Virus record (IMG/VR): IMGVR_UViG_3300005662_000001
Location: 1-55,546 of that record
Source: a virus
Lineage: Duplodnaviria > Caudoviricetes
Direction: 5' to 3' (one strand)
Length of the DNA: 55,546 bases
A program made the translations under genes and the position numbers. Shown in pieces: positions 38,528-47,373 of this stretch. Below the pieces are notes generated by a model. It saw nothing but the letters and a program-made list of their open reading frames with translations, was not told the origin of the DNA and made no database searches. Each line of letters starts with the position of its first letter. Positions within the stretch are counted from its first letter, which is position 1.

Positions 38528-41500
38528 TTATCGTGACATTGCGGTCAATCCGCCACGTCGTTTCTTTGGTGCTTCTTTTGCAGGGCGCATATTACCCACC
38601 TTCTTGACGCCTTTTTTAATCAAGCCTGCTGGCGCGAGGATACCCGCTATCGTTTCAGAGATAGGAAATTCGTGTTCGCCAATCATGCCTGCCTTGCGCA
38701 TTGCGTCGATGTATTGCTCACTGCCAAACCAAGGCTTCTCGGACGACAAGTTGGTATTAGCCAGCGCGTCAACTCCCATCAGTCCCAAGTTGGCTAGGTC
38801 AGGGATACCGCCAAGGTATTGAGCGCCAGTGCGAAGAGCAAAGTCTTTCACCCCTCGTGCGCTTTTAAGTTGGTTGGCTTCGTCTTTGACGTTTTGCTTT
38901 GCCCACTCGTATACCTCTGGGGCGTTGCGCTTGATGTTTGCCCAATCCTTTTCCGTAAGCAGTGGCTCACGACGTGAGCCTTCAAACGGGTTAGTCTCTT
39001 CAGGGGAAGCAATCCCACCACCGTCAAACTTTTGAGGCTTTTGCCATTGAATGGTTTTGAATGCGCTACCGCCATCAGCGTACGCCTCTGTTGCGTATGA
39101 CTCATCAAACCTACCACCACCACTAGGTTGGTAGTCTCTAGCGGCGTCAATGTCCGCTTGACTTACGCCGTACTGCTCCATAGCGGCTTGGATTTCATCT
39201 TGAGTACGCTCTTGCGCTAAGTAGTCATTGATGACGTTGTAGTAGTTGTCAAGACCCTGATTTTGCTGTGCGTAACTGTAACCAGCAGACGGCTCAGAAT
39301 CAATAACTGCTGGCATGAAGTCTACTTGCGCCTCTGGTGTGTAGCGCTCTGCTGGCTTATCCACCTGCGTGATTTGCGCAACCTCTTGAGGAATGTCTAC
39401 TGGATAGCTGGTCTGCGCTACTTGCTGAGGAGTGTCAACAAATCCTTGATTTGCTGTGTCCATGCCTTTGTAGGCATTTGCAAATTGGTTAAGGTATGCC
39501 AGTTTTGCTTCGTCGCTGTTTAAATGGAAACCAGATTCATCCATCAAACTCTTGTCGTTCAACATTCCAGACATCGCGTCAACAAGCGTTACGTTTGGAT
39601 TGTTTGCCGCTATGTCACTGTACAAATCATCCATTTGCAAGGTCGTACTCTTGATAGCCTCATCGTATGAATGAGCCTCTGGTTGACCAGACAGGATGAC
39701 GTGTACACCCTCTTCACCAAGCCTAGAGACAATCTCGTTTAGATTGTTGCGGATGACGCTTTCATCAACACCTTGTGCAATGTCGTTAGCACCGATGTCC
39801 AAAACCACCGTTGTGTTTGGAGCAAAGGTTCCGCCGTTGCCTTTAAATTCATTCAATTGCTTTAGCACATCCGAAGTCTTCTGACCACCGATGGCTGTGT
39901 TTGTAACTTCCTCACCAAACAGTTGCTTGGCAAGTCGAGTCTTCTCGTCTCCAGCCATCCAACTAGCGCCAGCCAAAACGACTCCGCCTAGTTCGTTTGG
40001 TTTGCGTGTTGCGCCTTTGTCAAGCACGGAGTAATTCTGGATGTTCTTCAGGTTTTCTTGTATTGACCCACCACCAGCCATCATTAAACCGCCACGAGCC
40101 TTCTTCTCTGTGGGGACAACACTCAGTTGTGGCTTGGGCGCGTTCTGCTTGTTGTAGGCACGCAGGAACTGTGCGTAAGCATCGTCAGGCATGAACTTGC
40201 TGGTGTCTGCGGGGATATTCTGCGGGTCGGGTCGGTTGTACGACTCCATGTTTGCACGGCGCTGTCCTAGTTCATCACCTTGCTGGAAAGCGTGAGGCAT
40301 TTCCTGTTTGAACTCTTTGACGCTATCCCACGTCATGTCGCCGTTGGTTACGCGCCCGTCAGGCATTTCTTTGAAGGTATAGCCATCGGTCGTCTTAAAC
40401 AGGCGTCGAGCAATGTTCAACCCGCCCTTGACAATCTTGCCACCATCAGCAAACGGTAGCATTGTTGCGTATCCGCCATTGGCGTACTCAAAGTCGTCAA
40501 TGCTGGCGAACTTGGGGTTCTTGCCTAGCACGAGTGGGCCAATCTGAATTATCTCTTCAGCATTGGTGATTGGTTGCATGGTGGCGCGGTCATAGAAGTA
40601 GGAGTGACGCTCAGGGTCCATCCCAATCTGTCTCCACTCTGGGTGGTTCAGATACTCTTGCGCTTTAGCAATCGCCTCCTCATCACTCATTGGGTTCCAG
40701 TCGCCTTTGATTCTGGCGTAGGGAGCCTTTGCCCCACCAAGAGCAATGCGTTTTGACTCAGCTTGGCTGATGCTGAGGTCGGCGTTCTTCACGCTGGCTG
40801 TTGGGCCATACGCGACTTTCTTTGCCTTCTCGTTGTGGATGGAGTTCACCCAAACGCCCTTGCCTGTGTAGGCTGGGATGTCGAGGCGCAGACCGACCTT
40901 AGAGCCGGGCTCGTACTCCGACTGCTTGCCGTACCGCTCCTTAGCCGCGTCACCTCTCAACGCGCCGACCGCCTCGTCTTTAGTTGCGGGTTTTGGAACA
41001 AACGAGTAGGGCGTCACAGGCTTATACAGTTTGACAATGTCGTTGTACTGCGCCTTGGTAATCTCGCCACGGTTCAGCTTCTCAATAGCCTCCGCGACTT
41101 CAGGGACGCGCTTAGTTACGTCCTTGTAACTCATGCTCAGGCGGTCAACCTTGGGGGCTTCTTCACCACTTGCCAACAGCTTTTTGCCAATCGTCGTTAC
41201 GCCTTCGACCAGCTTGCCACCCTTGTTCATAAATTGAATCTTCTTGAAGCCAACCTCTCCGCCTTTTGCCATGCGGGCTTCGATAGCGGCTTCTAAGCGG
41301 GCGTCAGCGGCGGCGATGTCTACCTTGCCACCCTTTGCCATACCACCGCCAGACATACGCTTTGCCATTGCTTGGGCGAGGCGACGGTCAGCGGCGTCGA
41401 TGTCAACCGCTCCGCCCTTCTTGAATCCCTCACGAATCAAGTGGCGGATGTACTCGTCATGCAGTGCTTGGCTTGGGAGTCCCTCACCTTCAAGACCTAG

Positions 41501-42541
41501 CGCGAGGTCGTAGTAGCCCGGCCCTTCGCCCTTCACCTCATACGACCCGCTCTTGCGTCGTTGCACAATCTCTGGTGACCACGGTCTTTGGAAGCGCTCA
41601 GGCTTCTTCTCCTTGAACGCCTTGTGCCAGTCAGGCAAGAATATCTCGGTAGGCGTTGGAATCATGTTGACGTTCATGTCCTTGCCCGTGAGCAGGGTGG
41701 GGAAGCCGGGGTGCAAGTCAGGTCTATACACCGACTCCTTCTCCAGCTTAAACAGGCGTGGACCCGCCGCGAACGTCGGCACATCACCGCCATGTTCAGT
41801 ATGAAGCAGTGACGGTTCCGTCTCACGCTTGAGCGTGTCCGTCGGTTTAAAGATGACACCCTTACCGCTCTTCTCTCCACCCAATGCAACTCCACCCTTG
41901 CTTGGTGGGATGCCTTGACCCATCATCAGGTCAGCCAGCGCGGCTCGTTTCTCAAACGTGTCCGCCTGCCTCCATATCTTGGGGTCACGGATGTTTGCAC
42001 CTTCGCCAAAGTTCAGCGCGAGGTTGTGGTTAATCTTGGCTTCCAACTCTGGTGACAGGTTGCCTTGCTTCATTGACTCAAGGAACTGGCGCTTCAGCTT
42101 ATCGAACACAACAGGGTTGGTCTTGAGTTGGTTAGCGGAACCGAGCATCGTCGTCCACACCGTCTCGTCGTCGGTCAGGTTCTTGAGACGCGCCGCTGTT
42201 CCCTCATCCATCACGCCCCACACCTTGCCAGCGTAGTTGGGGTCAGCCTCACTGATTGCGGAGAACGGAGCGCCACCGATGTTCCCGCCGCCTACACGAG
42301 TGCGGTCAGCCTGCGTGGTGGTGACGCGCTTGACGCCCTTCTCCATCTGTTGACCAAGCGCCTCAGACGCTTTGACTGGGGGTTGAGACTTGATGAGAGC
42401 CGCGCCCTTGCGACCAGCCTCAGCGCGTTGAGCGGCGGTGATTGCCGCAATCGCCTCAGCTTCGTTCTCCCCGTCAGCAAGCAAGCGCTTCGCTATGTTG
42501 AGTCCGCCCTTGATTGCTTTGAGTTGTTTGGGTTCTGCCAT
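38528..42541 (-). CDS. Large modular protein including an SGNH/GDSL hydrolase domain
   Basis: 1337 aa; SGNH blocks LAGASW, IGGQKT, DIGANDI, GFHLN at about 39520-39980; modules separated by xAxGG motifs. Confidence 0.75.
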   Translation of the reverse strand: MAEPKQLKAIKGGLNIAKRLLADGENEAEAIAAITAAQRAEAGRKGAALIKSQPPVKASEALGQQMEKGVKRVTTTQADRTRVGGGNIGGAPFSAISEADPNYAGKVWGVMDEGTAARLKNLTDDETVWTTMLGSANQLKTNPVVFDKLKRQFLESMKQGNLSPELEAKINHNLALNFGEGANIRDPKIWRQADTFEKRAALADLMMGQGIPPSKGGVALGGEKSGKGVIFKPTDTLKRETEPSLLHTEHGGDVPTFAAGPRLFKLEKESVYRPDLHPGFPTLLTGKDMNVNMIPTPTEIFLPDWHKAFKEKKPERFQRPWSPEIVQRRKSGSYEVKGEGPGYYDLALGLEGEGLPSQALHDEYIRHLIREGFKKGGAVDIDAADRRLAQAMAKRMSGGGMAKGGKVDIAAADARLEAAIEARMAKGGEVGFKKIQFMNKGGKLVEGVTTIGKKLLASGEEAPKVDRLSMSYKDVTKRVPEVAEAIEKLNRGEITKAQYNDIVKLYKPVTPYSFVPKPATKDEAVGALRGDAAKERYGKQSEYEPGSKVGLRLDIPAYTGKGVWVNSIHNEKAKKVAYGPTASVKNADLSISQAESKRIALGGAKAPYARIKGDWNPMSDEEAIAKAQEYLNHPEWRQIGMDPERHSYFYDRATMQPITNAEEIIQIGPLVLGKNPKFASIDDFEYANGGYATMLPFADGGKIVKGGLNIARRLFKTTDGYTFKEMPDGRVTNGDMTWDSVKEFKQEMPHAFQQGDELGQRRANMESYNRPDPQNIPADTSKFMPDDAYAQFLRAYNKQNAPKPQLSVVPTEKKARGGLMMAGGGSIQENLKNIQNYSVLDKGATRKPNELGGVVLAGASWMAGDEKTRLAKQLFGEEVTNTAIGGQKTSDVLKQLNEFKGNGGTFAPNTTVVLDIGANDIAQGVDESVIRNNLNEIVSRLGEEGVHVILSGQPEAHSYDEAIKSTTLQMDDLYSDIAANNPNVTLVDAMSGMLNDKSLMDESGFHLNSDEAKLAYLNQFANAYKGMDTANQGFVDTPQQVAQTSYPVDIPQEVAQITQVDKPAERYTPEAQVDFMPAVIDSEPSAGYSYAQQNQGLDNYYNVINDYLAQERTQDEIQAAMEQYGVSQADIDAARDYQPSGGGRFDESYATEAYADGGSAFKTIQWQKPQKFDGGGIASPEETNPFEGSRREPLLTEKDWANIKRNAPEVYEWAKQNVKDEANQLKSARGVKDFALRTGAQYLGGIPDLANLGLMGVDALANTNLSSEKPWFGSEQYIDAMRKAGMIGEHEFPISETIAGILAPAGLIKKGVKKVGNMRPAKEAPKKRRGGLTAMSR

Positions 42542-42543
42542 AG

Positions 42544-43959
42544 TTACACCGCGTAGGGATTGACCCGCTCTTTGCGGGCATAAGCATAGTCATCGTCGTC
42601 ATCATACCGAGGCTCAGGGTTTATGTCGAGGAAGCCCATGTCCTTCATTAACCGAATCGCTTGCGTTGCGCTGTCGACATAGTCGTCGTGCGTCGAGTCA
42701 GGGAATGAGCATATCTGCGACAGGAACCCTTCGCACCAGTCCTTGACGTAGCCCTTGCGCACGCTGGACTCTGGGAGCCAGACACGCCCAGTGGCGAAGA
42801 TGGAGGCGGTGATTTGCAGGCGTTGCATCTTGTCAGCTTTGCCGGGGTTATATCCACGCACAGGCAGGTGAGCCGCACGCAGTTCTTGAATCAGGGAGAT
42901 ACCCGCCGCCTTATCCTCCACGAGTATCAGGTCAGGGCGCTTGGCGTCCTTCCCTTCGCCATAGGAGACGCGCCACTCTTCTAACACCTTGGGCTTGAGC
43001 AGGGGGAACGTCAGGTGTTCAGCCCAGCAGTCAATGAGCAGGACAGACATTGGCCCATCCATCGGCTTGAACACTCCCCACGTTGTCATCGCGGTCGGGT
43101 CGTTGTACTCCTTGTCACTGAAGGCGCAGTCATAGCTTTGGACGATGAACTCAAACTTAGGGAAGGGCTTCTCGGCTGGGTACAGCTTGAACATATCGCG
43201 CCCGACCACCTTGCCGTCTTCGAGGTCGACCAAGAGACCCATCACCTCCTGCTCATACAGCTTGCTACCCTTGTACTGTTCTAGCTGGTTGCGGAAAGAT
43301 GACGCTAGGTTAGCTTCGTTCTCATAGGTGCTGGCGCGGTCAATCACCACGTCGTCACCCTCACGTCCCACCAAGTCGATGATGAGGTCTTTGGGGCGCG
43401 GTGTCGTGGTCACAATGACGCGGGGCTGGTCACCCAGACGCAGACCCATCATCATCATGTCCCACGCCTCACCAGCGCCGAGGTACTGGAAGGCGGCTAA
43501 CTCGTCACACCAAGCGAAGTGGAATTGAGGGCCACGCAAGCGCTCATACGAGTCGCCACTGATGCCACGGATGATGGAGCCATTGGACAGCTTTATCTGG
43601 TGGTCTTGCTTGTTGTAATCGACCACCAACTCTTCGGGGATGCAGGCTAGGAGTCCTGACTGACCCTCGAAGCAAGTGAACTTGATGTCATTGGACGTTG
43701 GAGCCAGCACGAGGCAACGGCTGTTCGGGTTTGTCCATGCCCACCACCACAGCGCCTCAGCGGCGGAGCGGGTCTTGCCTGCGCCTCGCCCTGCCAGCAT
43801 CATCCAGACGGTGTAGTCCTGCTCTAGCGGTGGCGGTATCTGGTAACGGTGGGCGCTGGCTACCCAAGTAGCGTGAGCGATGTATGCAATGCGGTCATGC
43901 TCCGAGCGGGCGTTGAACTCCGCCTGCACGTCTGGGTCTTCAAGAAGTTCTGCAAGCAT
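42544..43959 (-). CDS. terL: Terminase large subunit
   Basis: Walker A GRGAGKT, Walker B AWCDE, TTTP coupling motif, SYDCA and HDDYVDS nuclease residues. Confidence 0.95.
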   Translation of the reverse strand: MLAELLEDPDVQAEFNARSEHDRIAYIAHATWVASAHRYQIPPPLEQDYTVWMMLAGRGAGKTRSAAEALWWWAWTNPNSRCLVLAPTSNDIKFTCFEGQSGLLACIPEELVVDYNKQDHQIKLSNGSIIRGISGDSYERLRGPQFHFAWCDELAAFQYLGAGEAWDMMMMGLRLGDQPRVIVTTTPRPKDLIIDLVGREGDDVVIDRASTYENEANLASSFRNQLEQYKGSKLYEQEVMGLLVDLEDGKVVGRDMFKLYPAEKPFPKFEFIVQSYDCAFSDKEYNDPTAMTTWGVFKPMDGPMSVLLIDCWAEHLTFPLLKPKVLEEWRVSYGEGKDAKRPDLILVEDKAAGISLIQELRAAHLPVRGYNPGKADKMQRLQITASIFATGRVWLPESSVRKGYVKDWCEGFLSQICSFPDSTHDDYVDSATQAIRLMKDMGFLDINPEPRYDDDDDYAYARKERVNPYAV

Positions 43960-44023
43960 AAGTTCTACTCAAGCACGCAAAAAGAAACGTGAAACCCCGC
44001 GTTTTGGGCAATCGATGTAATAC

Positions 44024-44611
44024 TTACCCAGCACGCTTAGTCATCTCCATGTTGCGGATGATGTCAAGGAACTTGTTGGCGTTGGTGTCTTCCGTCTTGA
44101 TGGCGGCTCCACCCTCCACGCCTTCGAGCGCCACACGGTCGCCATACTTGCGGGGCTTCAGCTTCATAGCCGTCCACTTACGCGCCTCTATGCGGTTCTT
44201 CTGCCAAGCGATGTACGTCTGGTCGAGGGAAGTCCGCCCCTCCTTGTCGGTGTACTCAGGGGGCATCTCGTCAGCGATGTCGAGGATTTCGTCAGCGTTG
44301 GTGTCAGCCTGCTCCTCCCGTGCGCGTGCGTATTGCTCCGCAAACAGAGGGTGGCGAATCAACCACTCGTAAACTGTCGACTGCGCTGGGAACACTCCCA
44401 CCGTATCCGCTTTCAATATCTGGCGCAGGCTCATCCCCTCACTGAGCATCATGCATATGAGGTCTGCTGTCTGTTGATTGAACTTTGTCGGGCGTCCTGT
44501 TGGTTTGGGCGCTACAGGCGTCTTTGCAGGCGCGGTGCTACCTTGGGCTTGCTTAGTAGCCTTCGGCGTCTTGGTGGGCTTCTTAGCCCCCTTCTTGATG
44601 GTTTCTGGCAT
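44024..44611 (-). CDS. terS: Terminase small subunit
   Basis: GRPTKF..., GMSLRQI HTH, YARARE, RIEARKW...PRKYGD (Sf6-like); upstream of TerL. Confidence 0.88.
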   Translation of the reverse strand: MPETIKKGAKKPTKTPKATKQAQGSTAPAKTPVAPKPTGRPTKFNQQTADLICMMLSEGMSLRQILKADTVGVFPAQSTVYEWLIRHPLFAEQYARAREEQADTNADEILDIADEMPPEYTDKEGRTSLDQTYIAWQKNRIEARKWTAMKLKPRKYGDRVALEGVEGGAAIKTEDTNANKFLDIIRNMEMTKRAG

Positions 44612-44713
44612 AACCCGTAATCCCCATGTGATTGAACGAATGAATGTAAGTGTATTCGATTCGCTTTGGGTTCGCCAGCAAGATGTTATGTCGGGCTTTA
44701 AACCGACTCGGTT

Positions 44714-44881
44714 CTACTTCGCTTTTGATTCGCTACACAGTCTCTTGACGTATGCGCTGGACTCTTGTTTCATGCAATCCTCCTCGTCCAGTGTGAAGTC
44801 AGGAACCCACATCCAGAACACGAGGAAAGCAATGAACATTATACCAATCACCACCTTCTCAAGCAAGGTCTCTTCTCTCAT
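44714..44881 (-). CDS. Small membrane protein (55 aa, not in ORF track)
   Basis: MREETLLEKVVIGIMFIAFLVFWMW...; GGAGG RBS, ATGA overlap. Confidence 0.65.
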   Translation of the reverse strand: MREETLLEKVVIGIMFIAFLVFWMWVPDFTLDEEDCMKQESSAYVKRLCSESKAK

Positions 44882-45141
44882 TTCACCTCCTCCACAGTCA
44901 CGCGATACTTGCGACCGTTACGGTCTTCCACGTCGATAGTCTTCTTGGTGCTGGCAAAGCCACCAGTCTCAGTCAAATCGTACTTGGGACGGCTCACGCT
45001 GGCAAGCAACTTCTCTGTGTCATTTGCCTTGAGGTTGCCAACGATGGTATGGGCAATGTAGTCACAGTAGACAACGTAGGACTTTGGCAGGTTGTCAAAA
45101 AACTTGTTGACGATGGTGTTCATTGTGTCGAAGTGAGTCAT
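44878..45141 (-). CDS. Hypothetical protein
   Basis: 87 aa from MTHFDTM with AAGGG RBS. Confidence 0.7.
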   Translation of the reverse strand: MTHFDTMNTIVNKFFDNLPKSYVVYCDYIAHTIVGNLKANDTEKLLASVSRPKYDLTETGGFASTKKTIDVEDRNGRKYRVTVEEVK

Positions 45142-45151
45142 GGTGTTCCCC

Positions 45152-45400
45152 TTAGTTGAAGTATTCGGCAATTTCGGATTCGATACGGCTGGTGTCTTTG
45201 TCGGACAGCTTGCGCTCCAGCCAAGGTGCTGGGCGTCCACGGCGGTCGCACACCTCGAACTCAGCCTCGGTGTAACCGCGATAGTCCCAATCGCTGGCGG
45301 CGTGGTACGAGTAAGAGCCACGCACGCTCTCGAAGTGCGTGACACCAATGATGCAGGGGATGCCTGCAACGCGGGATTCAATTTCTGCTATGTATGACAT
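45152..45400 (-). CDS. Hypothetical protein
   Basis: 82 aa, GIPC.I.V...DRRGRPAPWLERK. Confidence 0.7.
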   Translation of the reverse strand: MSYIAEIESRVAGIPCIIGVTHFESVRGSYSYHAASDWDYRGYTEAEFEVCDRRGRPAPWLERKLSDKDTSRIESEIAEYFN

Positions 45401-45428
45401 TTCGCTTTCCTTTCGATTTCGATTCGGT

Positions 45429-45617
45429 TTAAGCGCCCAAGAACTTCACAACCCAACGCTTGGCTTGAGCCAAGGTCTTGAAGTTCTCATAAGCAGAGTC
45501 AGTGCTGGTCTGCGCATATGCGCTGTACTCTGCGCCGTCAAAGTAAACCTCACCGCGAACATCGCCAGAGCCGATGATGTGTGAGCCTAATTTACGAGTC
45601 CATGTTGCGTTTGTCAT
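45429..45617 (-). CDS. Hypothetical protein
   Basis: 62 aa from MTNATW, F.TLAQAK.W C-terminus; AAGGA RBS. Confidence 0.65.
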   Translation of the reverse strand: MTNATWTRKLGSHIIGSGDVRGEVYFDGAEYSAYAQTSTDSAYENFKTLAQAKRWVVKFLGA

Positions 45618-45667
45618 TTCACTGTTCCTTCGCTGTTGTAGCACCGAGAAATTCAGTGCATGGTGTA

Positions 45668-45734
45668 ATTGTAACTTAAACAAAGGGGTGGTCAACCCCC
45701 TTGTGAAAATATTTTTATTAGGACTTTCCCTTAG
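45668..45734 (-). promoter_or_regulatory. Repeated early promoter cassette 1
   Basis: AGGGAAAGTCCTAA, AAATATTTT, TTGACC-16 nt-TACAAT. Confidence 0.7.
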
Positions 45735-46609
45735 AAGCCATAGTTCTCTGCGCAGATGGGGCCAATGCCACGGGCGACGCTATCGCTGTCAGTCAATTGG
45801 CGACCGCAGACTGAGCAAGCGCCGAATTTCATGCCGTAGGCTACAGCGGCTTGCTTAGGGTCGCTGGCGACCGCTGTGATGCGTTCTGAGGCTTCTGTGG
45901 TGCAGTCGCGTGATGTGAAGAGGCGACCGCCCATAACCTTGCCCAAGTACACGCCGTCACCCTTGGACTTGATGTAGATAGCGCCAGCGTTCTTGCTGTT
46001 CTCACCAGCAGGACTGAACACAAAGGTGTCAAGGCGCAACTTGGGGAACTTTACGCCTGCTTGCTTGGCGTTGTTGAATGCCACCTCAATAGCCTCAACG
46101 GATACCACAGGGGCTGTCTCAGCGCGTGTGGCTTGCTCCACAGCACGAGCGGCTTGGCGCTCTGCGTCCTGCACAGTCAAGCGCTGGACGGTTTCCATCT
46201 GGCGCTCTGTGAGGTGACCAAACTTGTTGAGGGCGTCGAGCATGGAGCGGGCGAACTCAAAACGTGGTGCGCTGGCTTCCATCCACGCGGCTTCGGCCGG
46301 GTTGGCTTCTTTCCACTCAGCGGCTTTGTTGGCTTGCGCATCAGCCTTAGCGGCGGCACGCTTTTGTGAAGCCATCTTGGCTTTCATGCGTGTAGCTGGG
46401 CTAGTCTTGAAAGACATCTTGCCCTTGCCCTTGCAGGCAAAGCATTCGCCAGAGCGGACGTTGATGTAACCAAAGGTGAAGCGACCAGTGCCGTTGCACT
46501 TAGGGCAAGCCTGCTCGAAATAAGTCACTTCGTTGGCAGAAGACTTGGCTGGTGCGCCAAAGTCCAAGTCATCTTCCATGTCGCTGAAGGGGTTTGATGC
46601 TGTGTTCAT
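45731..46609 (-). CDS. DUF6011-like zinc-finger protein
   Basis: CPKCNGTG/CFACKGKG N-terminal finger; CSVCGRQLTD..S.ARGIGPICA C-terminus. Confidence 0.8.
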   Translation of the reverse strand: MNTASNPFSDMEDDLDFGAPAKSSANEVTYFEQACPKCNGTGRFTFGYINVRSGECFACKGKGKMSFKTSPATRMKAKMASQKRAAAKADAQANKAAEWKEANPAEAAWMEASAPRFEFARSMLDALNKFGHLTERQMETVQRLTVQDAERQAARAVEQATRAETAPVVSVEAIEVAFNNAKQAGVKFPKLRLDTFVFSPAGENSKNAGAIYIKSKGDGVYLGKVMGGRLFTSRDCTTEASERITAVASDPKQAAVAYGMKFGACSVCGRQLTDSDSVARGIGPICAENYGF

Positions 46610-46653
46610 AATTCGCTCCTAATTCGCTGTTACCTGCTCATTGCAGTGCTGTT

Positions 46654-46717
46654 AGTATAACGCGAAATTAAACGAGTCAACAACTATTTTAAAAATATTT
46701 ATTAGTGGTTTCCCTAA
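46654..46717 (-). promoter_or_regulatory. Repeated early promoter cassette 2
   Basis: TAGGGAAACCACTAA, AAATATTTT, GTTGTTGACTCGTTTAATTT...TATACT. Confidence 0.7.
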
Positions 46718-47373
46718 CCCTCAATTACCCAGCCTGCAAACTCGCCCATACGGAAAAACAGCTTGGCATCCTCCCCCAAGATGGCTGGGTCGATTGGAAC
46801 CTGCACGCCAGCCAAACTCATCTCCTTGGTCAACACGTCTTCTGGCTTCGCGCCCTGCTGTAGCTTGAACTGCATCGTGAGACGCTTCAGGACGGTCGCA
46901 AAGTACCCTTGGTGGTCACAAACCTTGTCCACCACTACTATCACCCCACCCTGCTTGCAATTCGCCCTCACAGAGTCGATTAAGGCTCTTCGCTTGTCGA
47001 TTGGGATGAACATCATTGTCAAAAACAAAATGTGTACATTTGCTGGAGGCACTTCTGTTCTGGTGATGTCTGAGTTCTCAACAACAACACTATGACCTTT
47101 TTTGTTGTATCTCTTTTCTAAAATCTTACACATTGAAGCGCTTTTCTCAATTGCAACAATGTCTGCCATACGCTCATCTGCCAGTGGCAGAAGTTTGCCC
47201 ACCATATTCCCTGTAGAAGCGCCGATGTCCACCACCACGCCATACTCTGGCAAATAGTTGCGGGCGATGTATACCACCGCGTCGGTCACCATGTCGTACC
47301 ACGGCAACTGCTCACGGACATGAGCGTCAAATGTGTTGGCAATCTCTGGCGTGTCAAATGTCCAAGATTTCAT
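46714..47373 (-). CDS. CmoA-like carboxy-SAM synthase / class I SAM-binding protein
   Basis: WTFD, LPWY, DIGASTG, LTMMF, GG...DK, FK..QG motifs parallel E. coli CmoA; start ATG 47373 overlaps the MTase stop. Confidence 0.8.
   Translation of the reverse strand: MKSWTFDTPEIANTFDAHVREQLPWYDMVTDAVVYIARNYLPEYGVVVDIGASTGNMVGKLLPLADERMADIVAIEKSASMCKILEKRYNKKGHSVVVENSDITRTEVPPANVHILFLTMMFIPIDKRRALIDSVRANCKQGGVIVVVDKVCDHQGYFATVLKRLTMQFKLQQGAKPEDVLTKEMSLAGVQVPIDPAILGEDAKLFFRMGEFAGWVIEG

Noticed and set aside
38528-43959. Intein, intron or homing endonuclease in the terminase or the large protein
   Set aside because: TerL is a normal 471 aa; no splice-junction or LAGLIDADG/HNH motifs recognised
44878-45381. 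167-aa ORF, and similarly extended ORFs at 46714-47430, 49291-49695 and 30849-32138
   Set aside because: The extensions overlap other genes or terminators; downstream ATGs have an RBS or stop-start coupling
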